The notes beneath the pieces were generated by a model. The model ran no database searches. It was not told the DNA's origin and saw nothing but the letters and a program-made list of their open reading frames with translations. A DNA stretch of 32,000 nucleotides, from NCBI GenBank assembly GCA_030149205.1, contig JASBSB010000006.1, positions 90,001 through 122,000 on the forward strand. Direction: 5' to 3'. The position numbers and the translations under genes are program-made. The stretch comes from Candidatus Heimdallarchaeota archaeon (GTDB lineage Archaea; Asgardarchaeota; Heimdallarchaeia; Heimdallarchaeales; Kariarchaeaceae). Below are positions 1 to 8,096 of the stretch, one piece after another (position 1 is the stretch's first letter; the number at the start of each line of letters is the position of its first letter).

Positions 1-1032
1 TTTTACATGGATTTCTTTTGCCTTTGATAATAAAAGGTTTTCAAAATGCAAGAAATAGTTAATCTGATTTATGATTCCTGAATAATGACTAGCAAAGTCA
101 TATAGGGGGGACCCAATTAATACATCCTCTATATCCATAATCTCTAATTTATCCATAGTTAGAATGAGTTGCCGCCACCAGAGATCCCCATGGATTGGTT
201 GCTCAAGATCTGTCATGAGATTTGAAAAGTCAACTACCTCTTCGAGATGAGAAAAATTTAATTCTAGTCCAACTTTTTTAATTTGCTCATTGAATTTCGC
301 CACCCATCTGGAAAGGTATTCTTTAACATTGAACAGTGCGGTCTTTGCCTCATCAGTAAGTTTTGAAAGATGTAGCCCCTCAATTATGATTGAACCTAAT
401 GCTATATGAAATCTTGATATCAAATTGATAGATCTAGCTGTAAATTCTACAAAATCATCCTTAAATTTTGGATTTTGTGAGCTTATGTAGTCCCTTAGCA
501 ATGAACCTGTGTAAGTATCAGCATTCTCCTGTTCTGAGATTTCTTCAAAAAGAGCAAAGATGGTATGGGTTCTTCCCTCAACTTGAATTTGCAAAGAGGT
601 ATAGAGTTTTGGAAACATACCAAATTCGCAAAGTTTTGAAGAAAAAGTGACTTCATTGGATCCAATGAACATTCGAGTGTAAATCTTCATATGATACCTG
701 GTTCCATCAACCCCAATTAACAAAAAATGTTGATTTGTAGCATCGATATTCAACCTCTCTATACTCTTACACATTATCCCAACTGATTCTAATGCTGTAT
801 TTACTAATCCAAGAACATCTGTCACAAAACTAAGTGACTCACCTTTTCTTTCTAACCAAATAAAAGCTGAAGTAAAATCATCGTGGACCTTATACAGCCC
901 ACCCACTTTTTTATTGGAATTTGTACTAACTGGTATGAAGTCAGTTATTTTTATACGGTGTTTGTCCAACCCATAATTTCTTCTGAGAATTTCCTGAGAA
1001 AGGTTAGAAATATCTAGCTTGTTTAGACTCAC
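1..1032 (-). CDS. APH/choline-kinase-like phosphotransferase (maltokinase-like), truncated at the window edge
   Basis: Manual translation gives an open frame from GTG at 1032 to position 1 (344 codons; MSLNKLDISNLSQEILRRNY...). It contains the APH-type catalytic loop IHGDLWWRQL (nt ~195-166) followed by IMDIEDVLIGSPLYDFAS. Absent from the ORF track because the stop lies outside the window. Confidence 0.75.
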   Translation of the reverse strand, partial: MSLNKLDISNLSQEILRRNYGLDKHRIKITDFIPVSTNSNKKVGGLYKVHDDFTSAFIWLERKGESLSFVTDVLGLVNTALESVGIMCKSIERLNIDATNQHFLLIGVDGTRYHMKIYTRMFIGSNEVTFSSKLCEFGMFPKLYTSLQIQVEGRTHTIFALFEEISEQENADTYTGSLLRDYISSQNPKFKDDFVEFTARSINLISRFHIALGSIIIEGLHLSKLTDEAKTALFNVKEYLSRWVAKFNEQIKKVGLELNFSHLEEVVDFSNLMTDLEQPIHGDLWWRQLILTMDKLEIMDIEDVLIGSPLYDFASHYSGIINQINYFLHFENLLLSKAKEIHVK

Positions 1033-1055
1033 TAAAACAAAAAGCAGGTTGACAA

Positions 1056-1063
1056 TTTTTTAA
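1056..1063 (-). promoter_or_regulatory. Putative TATA box for a leaderless transcript of the kinase gene
   Basis: Minus-strand TTAAAAAA ends 23 nt upstream of the GTG at 1032, the spacing expected for an archaeal leaderless mRNA. Confidence 0.4.
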
Positions 1064-1114
1064 GGGGTTGTATGTGTTCTATTTTAAAAGTAAAGTTGGG
1101 CCTCATCACCTAAC

Positions 1115-1459
1115 TTATAAGCCTAATTGTTTGGTAAGTTTTTCCTCGAGTGTTTTCATTTCATGTTGAATTGTTTCTATCTGAGCCTTGTATCTACCAG
1201 ATTGAATTTTATATAACTCTAAATCCTCATTTAGTTTTTCTCTGGTTTTACCGACTGTTGTTTTATACATGAGCATCCCTGCAGCCCTGTAGATCTCTTC
1301 TTCTTCCTTCAACCCTTCAACCTCTTTAATAGCCTGTTCAGCTTCTCTCATTGATCCACTGATTTGTGAGTTGTTCTGTTGTAATGTGTTAAGTTGTTGA
1401 GCAAGATTTTGCAATTTCTTTATATCAGCCTCTTGCTGTGGTGTTAAATTAGCTGCCAT
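1115..1459 (-). CDS. pfdB: Prefoldin subunit beta
   Basis: 114 aa with a coiled coil / beta-hairpin (EEIYRAAGMLMYKT) / coiled coil layout; expected position at the end of the exosome superoperon. Confidence 0.85.
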   Translation of the reverse strand: MAANLTPQQEADIKKLQNLAQQLNTLQQNNSQISGSMREAEQAIKEVEGLKEEEEIYRAAGMLMYKTTVGKTREKLNEDLELYKIQSGRYKAQIETIQHEMKTLEEKLTKQLGL

Positions 1460-1609
1460 TCTCGTGTCAGATTAATCTTATTGAATCATAATATCAATGT
1501 TCTGTTTTGTTCGTAAAGAAAGAGTAATTTGAGTTCAATGAATATAATGATTGGAGCTGCAATTTAGCATAATTTAAATTTTATATTAGTTCGAGATGTA
1601 CACTTAGAA

Positions 1610-2371
1610 TTACGAATCATTCAAAAAATCAATTAGTTTAGGAAAGATCAAATTATATCGGATAAATGCGAGATCATGTGTTGAATGCTTCACCTCATAT
1701 ATTTGATAGCTTGTAAATAATTCACTAAACCTTAAGATTTGTGATTTCATTGGATCGTCCTCCCCAAAGAAGATGAAGCATTGAATGCTGAAGGATATTT
1801 GCTTACCAGGTATTAAACCATCATACCTTGAAAAAGCAGATAGAAATGTAGAGATTGCCTTGTAATCTTGTGTCCTGAGATAGCTGATTCTTTGTAACGA
1901 CTTTGGTTGAAGCAACTTCTTAGCACCTTCCCAACCCTGGTTAAAGTAAGGAATTCTTGGGTCTGACTCCGTTCTTCTAAATGGATGCATTCCCCCTAAT
2001 ATCAATTTCTCAACGTAAACTGGATTAAATTTATAAAACCAAAATGCATACCATGCACCCATAGAATACCCGAAGATGTGAACTTTTGAAATTTCAAGTA
2101 AATTTAATAGCTGAACAATTAAGGGTACAACGAATTCAGGGAGATAATATTTTTCCTCATGTGGTTTAGAGCTTTTTCCATGACCCAGCTCATCGATGAG
2201 TATAACTGTGTAATATTTACTAAGTTTATTCAGATATCCTAACCGTTCCCACGTTTCATGAGAACCTAAGAGAGGATGCAACAACAGGAGAGGTTTACCA
2301 TCTCCATGAATTTCGTAATAAAGTTGAATTGCAGGATCTAGATTAGAAACAATGTAGGGTATATTTCTCAC
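1610..2371 (-). CDS. Alpha/beta fold hydrolase
   Basis: HGDGKPLLLLHP, DELGHGKS, nucleophile elbow GYSMG, GEDD acid and late His (HSTHD). The GTG start overlaps the pcc1 TGA stop (GTGA). Confidence 0.9.
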   Translation of the reverse strand: MRNIPYIVSNLDPAIQLYYEIHGDGKPLLLLHPLLGSHETWERLGYLNKLSKYYTVILIDELGHGKSSKPHEEKYYLPEFVVPLIVQLLNLLEISKVHIFGYSMGAWYAFWFYKFNPVYVEKLILGGMHPFRRTESDPRIPYFNQGWEGAKKLLQPKSLQRISYLRTQDYKAISTFLSAFSRYDGLIPGKQISFSIQCFIFFGEDDPMKSQILRFSELFTSYQIYEVKHSTHDLAFIRYNLIFPKLIDFLNDS

Positions 2372-2622
2372 CTCTTTAGATCATCTACAAGGCTATCAAG
2401 TCTGATGGTTGTTCTCAGTAATCTAAGGGTTGAGTTAGAAAATGCTCGAAGGCTTACTAGATCAGTGGAAATTATATTGATGATTAAGGACCCACTTTTT
2501 GATATCACTTTTACCGTTGATCTGTCAGAATCATTTTGGTTATTTTCTATTTCTAATAGGTCAATTACCCTTTTCCTCATCTCTTCCTGAGGAATTAACA
2601 ATTCTATAGAAATCTTATACAT
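2368..2622 (-). CDS. pcc1: KEOPS complex subunit Pcc1
   Basis: 84 aa; C-terminal STDLVSLRAFSNSTLRLL signature; conserved superoperon position. Confidence 0.8.
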   Translation of the reverse strand: MYKISIELLIPQEEMRKRVIDLLEIENNQNDSDRSTVKVISKSGSLIINIISTDLVSLRAFSNSTLRLLRTTIRLDSLVDDLKR

Positions 2623-3133
2623 GCTTTTTCACCTTAATGTTGCAGGTAAACACTGTCTTTTTTGACCTGCTTTCCATAATTTTCAATTTTATTGTTGTGT
2701 CTATTGTGTCAATGAAAAGCCACAACCTTTTCGACTTATCTGACGTGACTTGAAGTACTTTTCTTAGAAAAAGTTGTAATTCATTATCTAAGTCTTCAAT
2801 TAACACATCTGGTAAAGAGACAGGCCCATTAGCAGGGAATGATTCCCAGCCATAGATCTGATGGTCTATGATTTTGGTTAAAGTAACATTAATTGGTAAC
2901 CGAAGCCTTGATTCATTAAGAGGAATAAACTCTAAGGTTACCTTCTGATTGTATTTTGAGCTAACTCGAACCACCAAATCTATCTTTTCATCGAAGCAGT
3001 ATGAATAAATCTCATCAACAGATCTATTTCCCTTGTTAATCTTCTGAGAATTTGGAATGAGCTTGTTGAGAATTTTTGCTGTTCTTCGACTGAGTTCAGT
3101 ACCTTTATTTCCTGTCAGGATTAAAGTTTTCAT
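2615..3133 (-). CDS. Brix/Imp4-like ribosome biogenesis protein (divergent)
   Basis: N-terminus LILTGNKGTELSRRTAKILNKLIPNSQKINKGNRSVDEI resembles archaeal Brix proteins; position between rpl37ae and pcc1 matches the conserved operon. Confidence 0.6.
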   Translation of the reverse strand: MKTLILTGNKGTELSRRTAKILNKLIPNSQKINKGNRSVDEIYSYCFDEKIDLVVRVSSKYNQKVTLEFIPLNESRLRLPINVTLTKIIDHQIYGWESFPANGPVSLPDVLIEDLDNELQLFLRKVLQVTSDKSKRLWLFIDTIDTTIKLKIMESRSKKTVFTCNIKVKKHV

Positions 3134-3136
3134 AAA

Positions 3137-3418
3137 TTATTCTTCAAATCGTTTCTCTTCTAACTGACCTGCGACTCGGTTAATTCTTTTAGCTGCCAAG
3201 GTTTCGGGTCTCCAAGCGCCACCAGTGAATTCATAGTTACATTTCCGACAAAGCCACAAACCAACTGATTTTCTTTTTACCGCATTTAACCTGCATCTTG
3301 GACACCTGTGTATGCCTTTTGCAGTTAGGTCTATTTTTAAAATATCTTTTCTAAGACGAGCACCGTATCTTACTCCATATCTTCCAACAGATTTGGTTTT
3401 CTTACTTCGACGTGCCAT
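3137..3418 (-). CDS. rpl37ae: 50S ribosomal protein L37ae (eL43)
   Basis: GRYGVRYGARLRK motif; zinc finger CPRC...CRKC; FTGGAW. Confidence 0.97.
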   Translation of the reverse strand: MARRSKKTKSVGRYGVRYGARLRKDILKIDLTAKGIHRCPRCRLNAVKRKSVGLWLCRKCNYEFTGGAWRPETLAAKRINRVAGQLEEKRFEE

Positions 3419-3449
3419 TAAACTTCCCTAAACAACCTGATTCTCCATC

Positions 3450-3458
3450 TTTTTAAAA
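3450..3458 (-). promoter_or_regulatory. Putative internal TATA box upstream of rpl37ae
   Basis: Minus-strand TTTTAAAAA about 31 nt upstream of the ATG, in the only sizeable gap (86 nt) between rrp42 and rpl37ae. Confidence 0.4.
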
Positions 3459-3504
3459 TGAATTGATGTGTTACAAATCTATTTACTTGAAATTCTTGAT
3501 AGGA

Positions 3505-4317
3505 TTATAGGTTAAGAGCAGATTTAATTACAGATCTAAGTTCTTTTGATCGTTTGAATGAAGATTCAAAAATATCCATTAACTCTTGAGATTTAAATGC
3601 ACCAAATCCTCCCTTTTGTGCTGAGACAATATGGTCTTCAGTGAAGCCAATTGTGATTCTTGCATCACCTGCATCCTCTTCTTTGTAGCTAGGATCTGTG
3701 ATTTTAAAATCTCCAAGTTTATACGTTGTGATAGAAACTGGTATTTCCTTCAGTTTAATAGACCTTGAGGTATCAAGTTTCTCTATTTCACCCATCTCAT
3801 CTATTTTTATCTCTGGCACTTTGGTGGAGGAAAGAGCAGCAAAGGCTGCGATAGCGCAGGCATCAAATAAGTTTCCATCATGATCTAGTGGATAAATATC
3901 CAAAAATATAGTCCAAACCTTTTCTCCTTCTATTATGCATAAGTCTTCAAGATCCACACACTCTGACTCACGAATGATTCTGTCTGTGACTCTAGTTAAC
4001 TCAATTGACTCTGGACTTGGTGGACCATTTCTAAATGCTGGCGAGGCGGTAGGATTCAATTCCCCAGTAACAATTAAAGTGGCTTTATTAGGGTAGTCAT
4101 CATAAGGTTTACCTATTGATAGTTTTACACCTGCGACAACTTTTGTGTTACCCAGCTCAACAAGAGCAGATCCTTCGGCTTTCTCCACGATTCCTGTCTT
4201 TATTTTGATAGGGCGATAATCAGAAAGACCTCTCCCATCCAACCTTTTTCCCCGTTCTAGTAACGTTAGTATATAATTTCTTTCAACTGTTGATGTGACA
4301 ATTCCTTTTTCGGTCAT
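3505..4317 (-). CDS. rrp42: Exosome complex component Rrp42
   Basis: RNase PH fold: RLDGRGLSDYRPIKI, AEGSALVELGNTKVVAGVK, DHDGNLFDA; downstream of rrp41. Confidence 0.95.
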   Translation of the reverse strand: MTEKGIVTSTVERNYILTLLERGKRLDGRGLSDYRPIKIKTGIVEKAEGSALVELGNTKVVAGVKLSIGKPYDDYPNKATLIVTGELNPTASPAFRNGPPSPESIELTRVTDRIIRESECVDLEDLCIIEGEKVWTIFLDIYPLDHDGNLFDACAIAAFAALSSTKVPEIKIDEMGEIEKLDTSRSIKLKEIPVSITTYKLGDFKITDPSYKEEDAGDARITIGFTEDHIVSAQKGGFGAFKSQELMDIFESSFKRSKELRSVIKSALNL

Positions 4318-4324
4318 CTATAAT

Positions 4325-5767
4325 CTACTCCTCATACTCCATGTATTCAAGGTCTCGCTCGACCTCACGCTTTTTCTCGTCTTCCTTTGTTGACTCTTCC
4401 TTAGTCACATCTATGTTCAAGTCTCCAGTTGAGAGTTTGTTGTTCTGGAGGAGCTCCTGCATCTTTGAGCTGAAGAAACCACTCTTTGGTTTCTCCTTGT
4501 CTTTTACCTGTTCATTCTTTCTCTTTTCATAGAGTAACTCAGTCACAGACTTGACAGAACTTTCGTCAAATTGATCCCTATCTTCCTCTTCAGAGGATTG
4601 AGTTTTATCAGCTGTTTCTTCAGGTTCAGTTGTGTGTTTATTAATTTTAGTGACTAAATCGTTGGCTTCCTTTAGTGCCTCATCTATCTCATTGTATTTT
4701 TCATCAAATGAAGGCTTAGGAGATTCATCCTTAGATATTTTATCCAACGTTTCTGCAATAAGAGATTCCTTATTTATTGATGTTTCACCTTTAACAACAG
4801 TATCTTCTGATGCTTGTGATTCGGAAGAACTATCCGTTGAGGCTTCTTCCACAGGAGTCGTTTCCTTGGGTATATCAACTGTTTCTTCCTTAACTTCATC
4901 GATTTGACTCTCTTCAACAGTCACATCAGTTTCTGTCATATCCTCTGAACTCTGTTCAGGCTCCTCTGATTGCGTAGGTGATTCCACATCTGCATCTGTT
5001 ACATCTTGATTAACTGTGAGAAGAGCTGCTTTTTCATCATCCTCTTCTAATGGTTCCTCACCTAGTATGGATTGTCTAATCACATCATATTTTTTAACCA
5101 GAGCTGCTCGCTGAACTTCATCAATCTTCTTGATTGCGTCAATTGACATATTGAAACAAGTTTTAAATTGATCTAATGTGAACTTCCCATCAAGTTGTAA
5201 TAAGGACACCTCATCTAATGCAGGTGAGTATAAAATTGGACAATCACCTGTACCCTCGTTATCCTCTATTCCGCTTAGATCAAGAACACAATGGTCTTGA
5301 TACAATCCGGATGCTATACCCCCAATTAATCCCCTCATTGGAATTCCAGCATCTGCCAATGCAGCGCTGGTCGCAATTGCCGCAGCTGTACGTGAACCAC
5401 CATCTGATTGGATCATTTGCACCTGAATGTCAATGGTTGATCTTGGAAATAGTTTCGTTAGAATGATGCTTTCAAATGCTTCACTAAGTACTTTCGATAT
5501 TTCCTTCTCTCTTCTTGAAGGAATTGGGTGTTTTCTATATTCTACAGAAAAGGGGAGCATTTTATAGGTCACCTGTACTATTGCTTTTTGTGACAAAGCC
5601 ATATGCTTAGGATGCAACTCCCTTGGTCCATTTACTGCTGCAATCACCTCATTTTTTCCTAAAATAACTCGTGCAGAACCGTCTGCCCGGTGCAAAACTC
5701 CGACCTCTATTTGCAAATTTCTAAGCTCATTTGCACTTCTTCCATCGAGTCTTTCTAATTCATTCAT
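4325..5767 (-). CDS. rrp41: Exosome complex exonuclease Rrp41 with ~245-aa acidic C-terminal extension
   Basis: RLDGRSANELR, ADGSA, GPRE, PSRREKEISK, DGGSRTAA and catalytic-region EDNEGTGDCP in aa 1-235; aa 236-480 are E/D/S/T/K-rich low complexity. SD AGGAG upstream. Confidence 0.95.
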   Translation of the reverse strand: MNELERLDGRSANELRNLQIEVGVLHRADGSARVILGKNEVIAAVNGPRELHPKHMALSQKAIVQVTYKMLPFSVEYRKHPIPSRREKEISKVLSEAFESIILTKLFPRSTIDIQVQMIQSDGGSRTAAAIATSAALADAGIPMRGLIGGIASGLYQDHCVLDLSGIEDNEGTGDCPILYSPALDEVSLLQLDGKFTLDQFKTCFNMSIDAIKKIDEVQRAALVKKYDVIRQSILGEEPLEEDDEKAALLTVNQDVTDADVESPTQSEEPEQSSEDMTETDVTVEESQIDEVKEETVDIPKETTPVEEASTDSSSESQASEDTVVKGETSINKESLIAETLDKISKDESPKPSFDEKYNEIDEALKEANDLVTKINKHTTEPEETADKTQSSEEEDRDQFDESSVKSVTELLYEKRKNEQVKDKEKPKSGFFSSKMQELLQNNKLSTGDLNIDVTKEESTKEDEKKREVERDLEYMEYEE

Positions 5768-5769
5768 AT

Positions 5770-6459
5770 TTATTTCTCCTTTAAAAATTGTATAACTCTC
5801 TCGGTTAACCCAGTGACATGTGATTCTTGGATAATTTTGTCAATAGCTTCAATTACCTTAAGTTCTTTGTCAACGTTTTCTCCTCGGATCCAAACCCTAC
5901 CATTATGCCCTACAATGATTTTACAACCAGTAAATTCTTTGATTTTAGAGATCATTGATCCATTTCTTCCGATAACCCTACTAATAAGTGAAGGGTTAAT
6001 CTCTATGATTCTGCCTCCTACAAGTTTGCCTAACCCTTTTCCGGTAGTTGTTGATAACTGTGGGTCTCTGGTTCTATCAAACGTACGAATTTCAGCTCGG
6101 ATCGCATCACCTACATCAAAATACTTCCTGGCATCATCATTTATTGGGTCAAACTGGTCATTGGTTGCATTTGAAACCAATAGGATTGCAGGATATGGCC
6201 CTCCTATATCGACTTTCCAAGAAGTTAGGTTTGTTTCTTCAACAAGACCTATTACAATGTCTTTAACATTGGGAAAATATTTACCCTTCAAGGGTTTTAC
6301 TCTAATTTTGTTTTCGGTAGCTTTCTGGACTATACCAACATTATTTGCTATTGCTTTGTTCCCATTTTTGTATACACTTCCGGAGAGATTTATATTTTCT
6401 CCTTCAGCGATAATTTGACCGGGAATAACAATATCCTGTTCATTTACAAAATATTTCAT
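5770..6459 (-). CDS. rrp4: Exosome RNA-binding cap protein Rrp4
   Basis: IVIPGQ N-terminus, S1 domain (YFPNVKDIVIGLV), KH GxxG loop RVIGRNGSMI, GHNGRVW. Confidence 0.95.
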   Translation of the reverse strand: MKYFVNEQDIVIPGQIIAEGENINLSGSVYKNGNKAIANNVGIVQKATENKIRVKPLKGKYFPNVKDIVIGLVEETNLTSWKVDIGGPYPAILLVSNATNDQFDPINDDARKYFDVGDAIRAEIRTFDRTRDPQLSTTTGKGLGKLVGGRIIEINPSLISRVIGRNGSMISKIKEFTGCKIIVGHNGRVWIRGENVDKELKVIEAIDKIIQESHVTGLTERVIQFLKEK

Positions 6460-6460
6460 C

Positions 6461-7198
6461 TTAATTCCTCTTGATTACCTGAATTTGTGATTTTCCTTTT
6501 GATTTTGTGAGTACCTCTTCCATCAGTTTTGCTTGAACACCCGCAGGTATCTGTGACACAAGGGTTAAACTTCCGTCGTTTTCCCAATTTTCAGAAACGA
6601 CTTCCCCTTCATTTCGAATGGTTGAGTATAAGCTCCCTGCAAACTGAGAAGGGATTTTAAATTGAACATTTACTACCTCCATCTTTATAGGGAGTATTGA
6701 GTTGATCTCTTTTATGATGCGAATGGCTTGTTCCTTTGTAGGTTCATCTCTTGAGATATTTACTCCAGACTCATCTATTGCTTTCTCAATTCTTTCTGGT
6801 GTGTGTGGTGTTCGAGTCTTAGGATTGATGGTATTCTTAACTAAAAATGCAACTATTTCATCAATCTTCTCTTGTAAGAAACGTTTTCTCATTTCATGAG
6901 TAATAAGAAGTTCACCTTTCTTCAACATTGTTTCGGCGATCTTTCTTTCTTCTGTCGTTCCAAATGTATCCTCTAACTGTTGTTCACCTGATTTTAATCC
7001 TTTTGAAAAATTATCAAAGATTGTAAAGCTTTCGATTATCTCATCTAGTGGTACATCATCTCCTTGTTGGTACAACCAAGCTTTTTCTGGGTCTACAACT
7101 AGTTCAAACCTTTCACCTTTGAATTTATATCTTATTAATGATAAATTTCCCAGGTCTGATTGTTTATATCTTTCTCCTGGGTTTTTGTTGAATGACAT
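6461..7198 (-). CDS. sdo1: Ribosome maturation factor SBDS/Sdo1
   Basis: RYKFKGERFELVVDP, IFDNFSKGLK, NTINPKTRTPHTPERIEKAI, WENDGSL; precedes rrp4. Confidence 0.95.
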   Translation of the reverse strand: MSFNKNPGERYKQSDLGNLSLIRYKFKGERFELVVDPEKAWLYQQGDDVPLDEIIESFTIFDNFSKGLKSGEQQLEDTFGTTEERKIAETMLKKGELLITHEMRKRFLQEKIDEIVAFLVKNTINPKTRTPHTPERIEKAIDESGVNISRDEPTKEQAIRIIKEINSILPIKMEVVNVQFKIPSQFAGSLYSTIRNEGEVVSENWENDGSLTLVSQIPAGVQAKLMEEVLTKSKGKSQIQVIKRN

Positions 7199-7202
7199 AT
7201 TT

Positions 7203-7209
7203 TCACCTC
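7203..7209 (-). promoter_or_regulatory. Shine-Dalgarno site of the SBDS gene
   Basis: Minus-strand GAGGTGA 4 nt upstream of the ATG at 7198. Confidence 0.7.
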
Positions 7210-7291
7210 TTTACCCTATGAGGGGTTTTTAAATTCTATATTTTCTAAATAAATGCCCTCGTATAAAAACAAAGAGATGTAAATACGTACG

Positions 7292-7394
7292 CAGTTTAAA
7301 AATTATAGATATTCAAACACAAGGATTTCCCTATACAGCAAATTGAGAAAGAGACCCTCCCGTTTTCTGTAAGTATAAGACAGTTTAAAAATTA
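7292..7394 (+). repeat. 14-bp direct repeat CAGTTTAAAAATTA (two TATA-containing copies)
   Basis: Exact copies at 7292-7305 and 7381-7394 in the divergent SBDS/THUMP intergenic region; the second TTTAAAAA starts 28 nt before the THUMP ATG. Confidence 0.7.
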
Positions 7395-7411
7395 CAATAA
7401 TAGGTAAATTT

Positions 7412-7972
7412 ATGCTGAATTATTATCGGGGACTGCTATTAGGGTGTAGGCGAAACCTTGAAAGAGCATGTGCCTCTGAAATGAAGTACACCCTGATAAA
7501 CCACCTTGGTTATTCAAAAGACCAAATCAAAATTGGTAGAACTGGGATAAGTGGATTGGTAAGCATTAAAGTACCAGAAGATGTTAATCCAGTTGATACT
7601 CTAAGAAAATTATCAGAATTAGAGACAGAAACTCCATTTTTCGTTCATACCCTAAAAATAAGACCAATACAAATGGTTTTACAAACCAACTTAGAAGAAA
7701 TGAAATCTATGGTTAAACAGCTAAGTGAAGGGTTTGAGGGAAACTATAAGGTAGTTGTGGAAAAAAGGCACACCTCACTTGATAAAGCAATTATAATCGA
7801 TGCTGCCGCATCAGTAATAGAGCAAAATGTTGACTTATCTAATCCTGATTGGGTTGTCTTGATTGAAGTCGTCGGGTCGAAAATGGGCCTTTCAGTTGGA
7901 GCTTCTCCATTGATCTATTCAACTGACGTAGCAAAGGTTCCAAACGATACTGACACAGGATGGTTTTTATAA
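7412..7972 (+). CDS. Stand-alone THUMP-domain RNA-binding protein
   Basis: TGISGLV, HTLKIRPIQ, YKVVVEKRH and VDLSNPDWVVLIEVVG are typical of THUMP; no catalytic domain attached. Confidence 0.8.
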   Translation: MLNYYRGLLLGCRRNLERACASEMKYTLINHLGYSKDQIKIGRTGISGLVSIKVPEDVNPVDTLRKLSELETETPFFVHTLKIRPIQMVLQTNLEEMKSMVKQLSEGFEGNYKVVVEKRHTSLDKAIIIDAAASVIEQNVDLSNPDWVVLIEVVGSKMGLSVGASPLIYSTDVAKVPNDTDTGWFL

Positions 7973-8096
7973 AAATTTACTATTTTCAGACAACTGTTTA
8001 ATTGATTTGTTTTATAACTAGATAAAATTCTACTCAATTTAAAGATGGATAAAGAATGACTTTAAATATTGCGTATAAACCTAGTTAAATTAAGCA

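Noticed and set aside
1032-1106. 24-codon minus-strand ORF (MRPNFTF...) whose TAG overlaps the kinase GTG
   Set aside because: The SD-like AGGTG abuts the ATG with no spacer, and the region is better explained as the kinase promoter.
1040-1110. Minus-strand GTGATGA resembling a C box of a C/D sRNA
   Set aside because: No CTGA D box at a suitable distance.
4341-4907. Ser-rich plus-strand ORFs over the Rrp41 tail
   Set aside because: Antisense shadows of Glu/Asp-rich codons.
5813-6418. 201-aa plus-strand ORF
   Set aside because: Fully antisense to rrp4; no motif; typical shadow frame.
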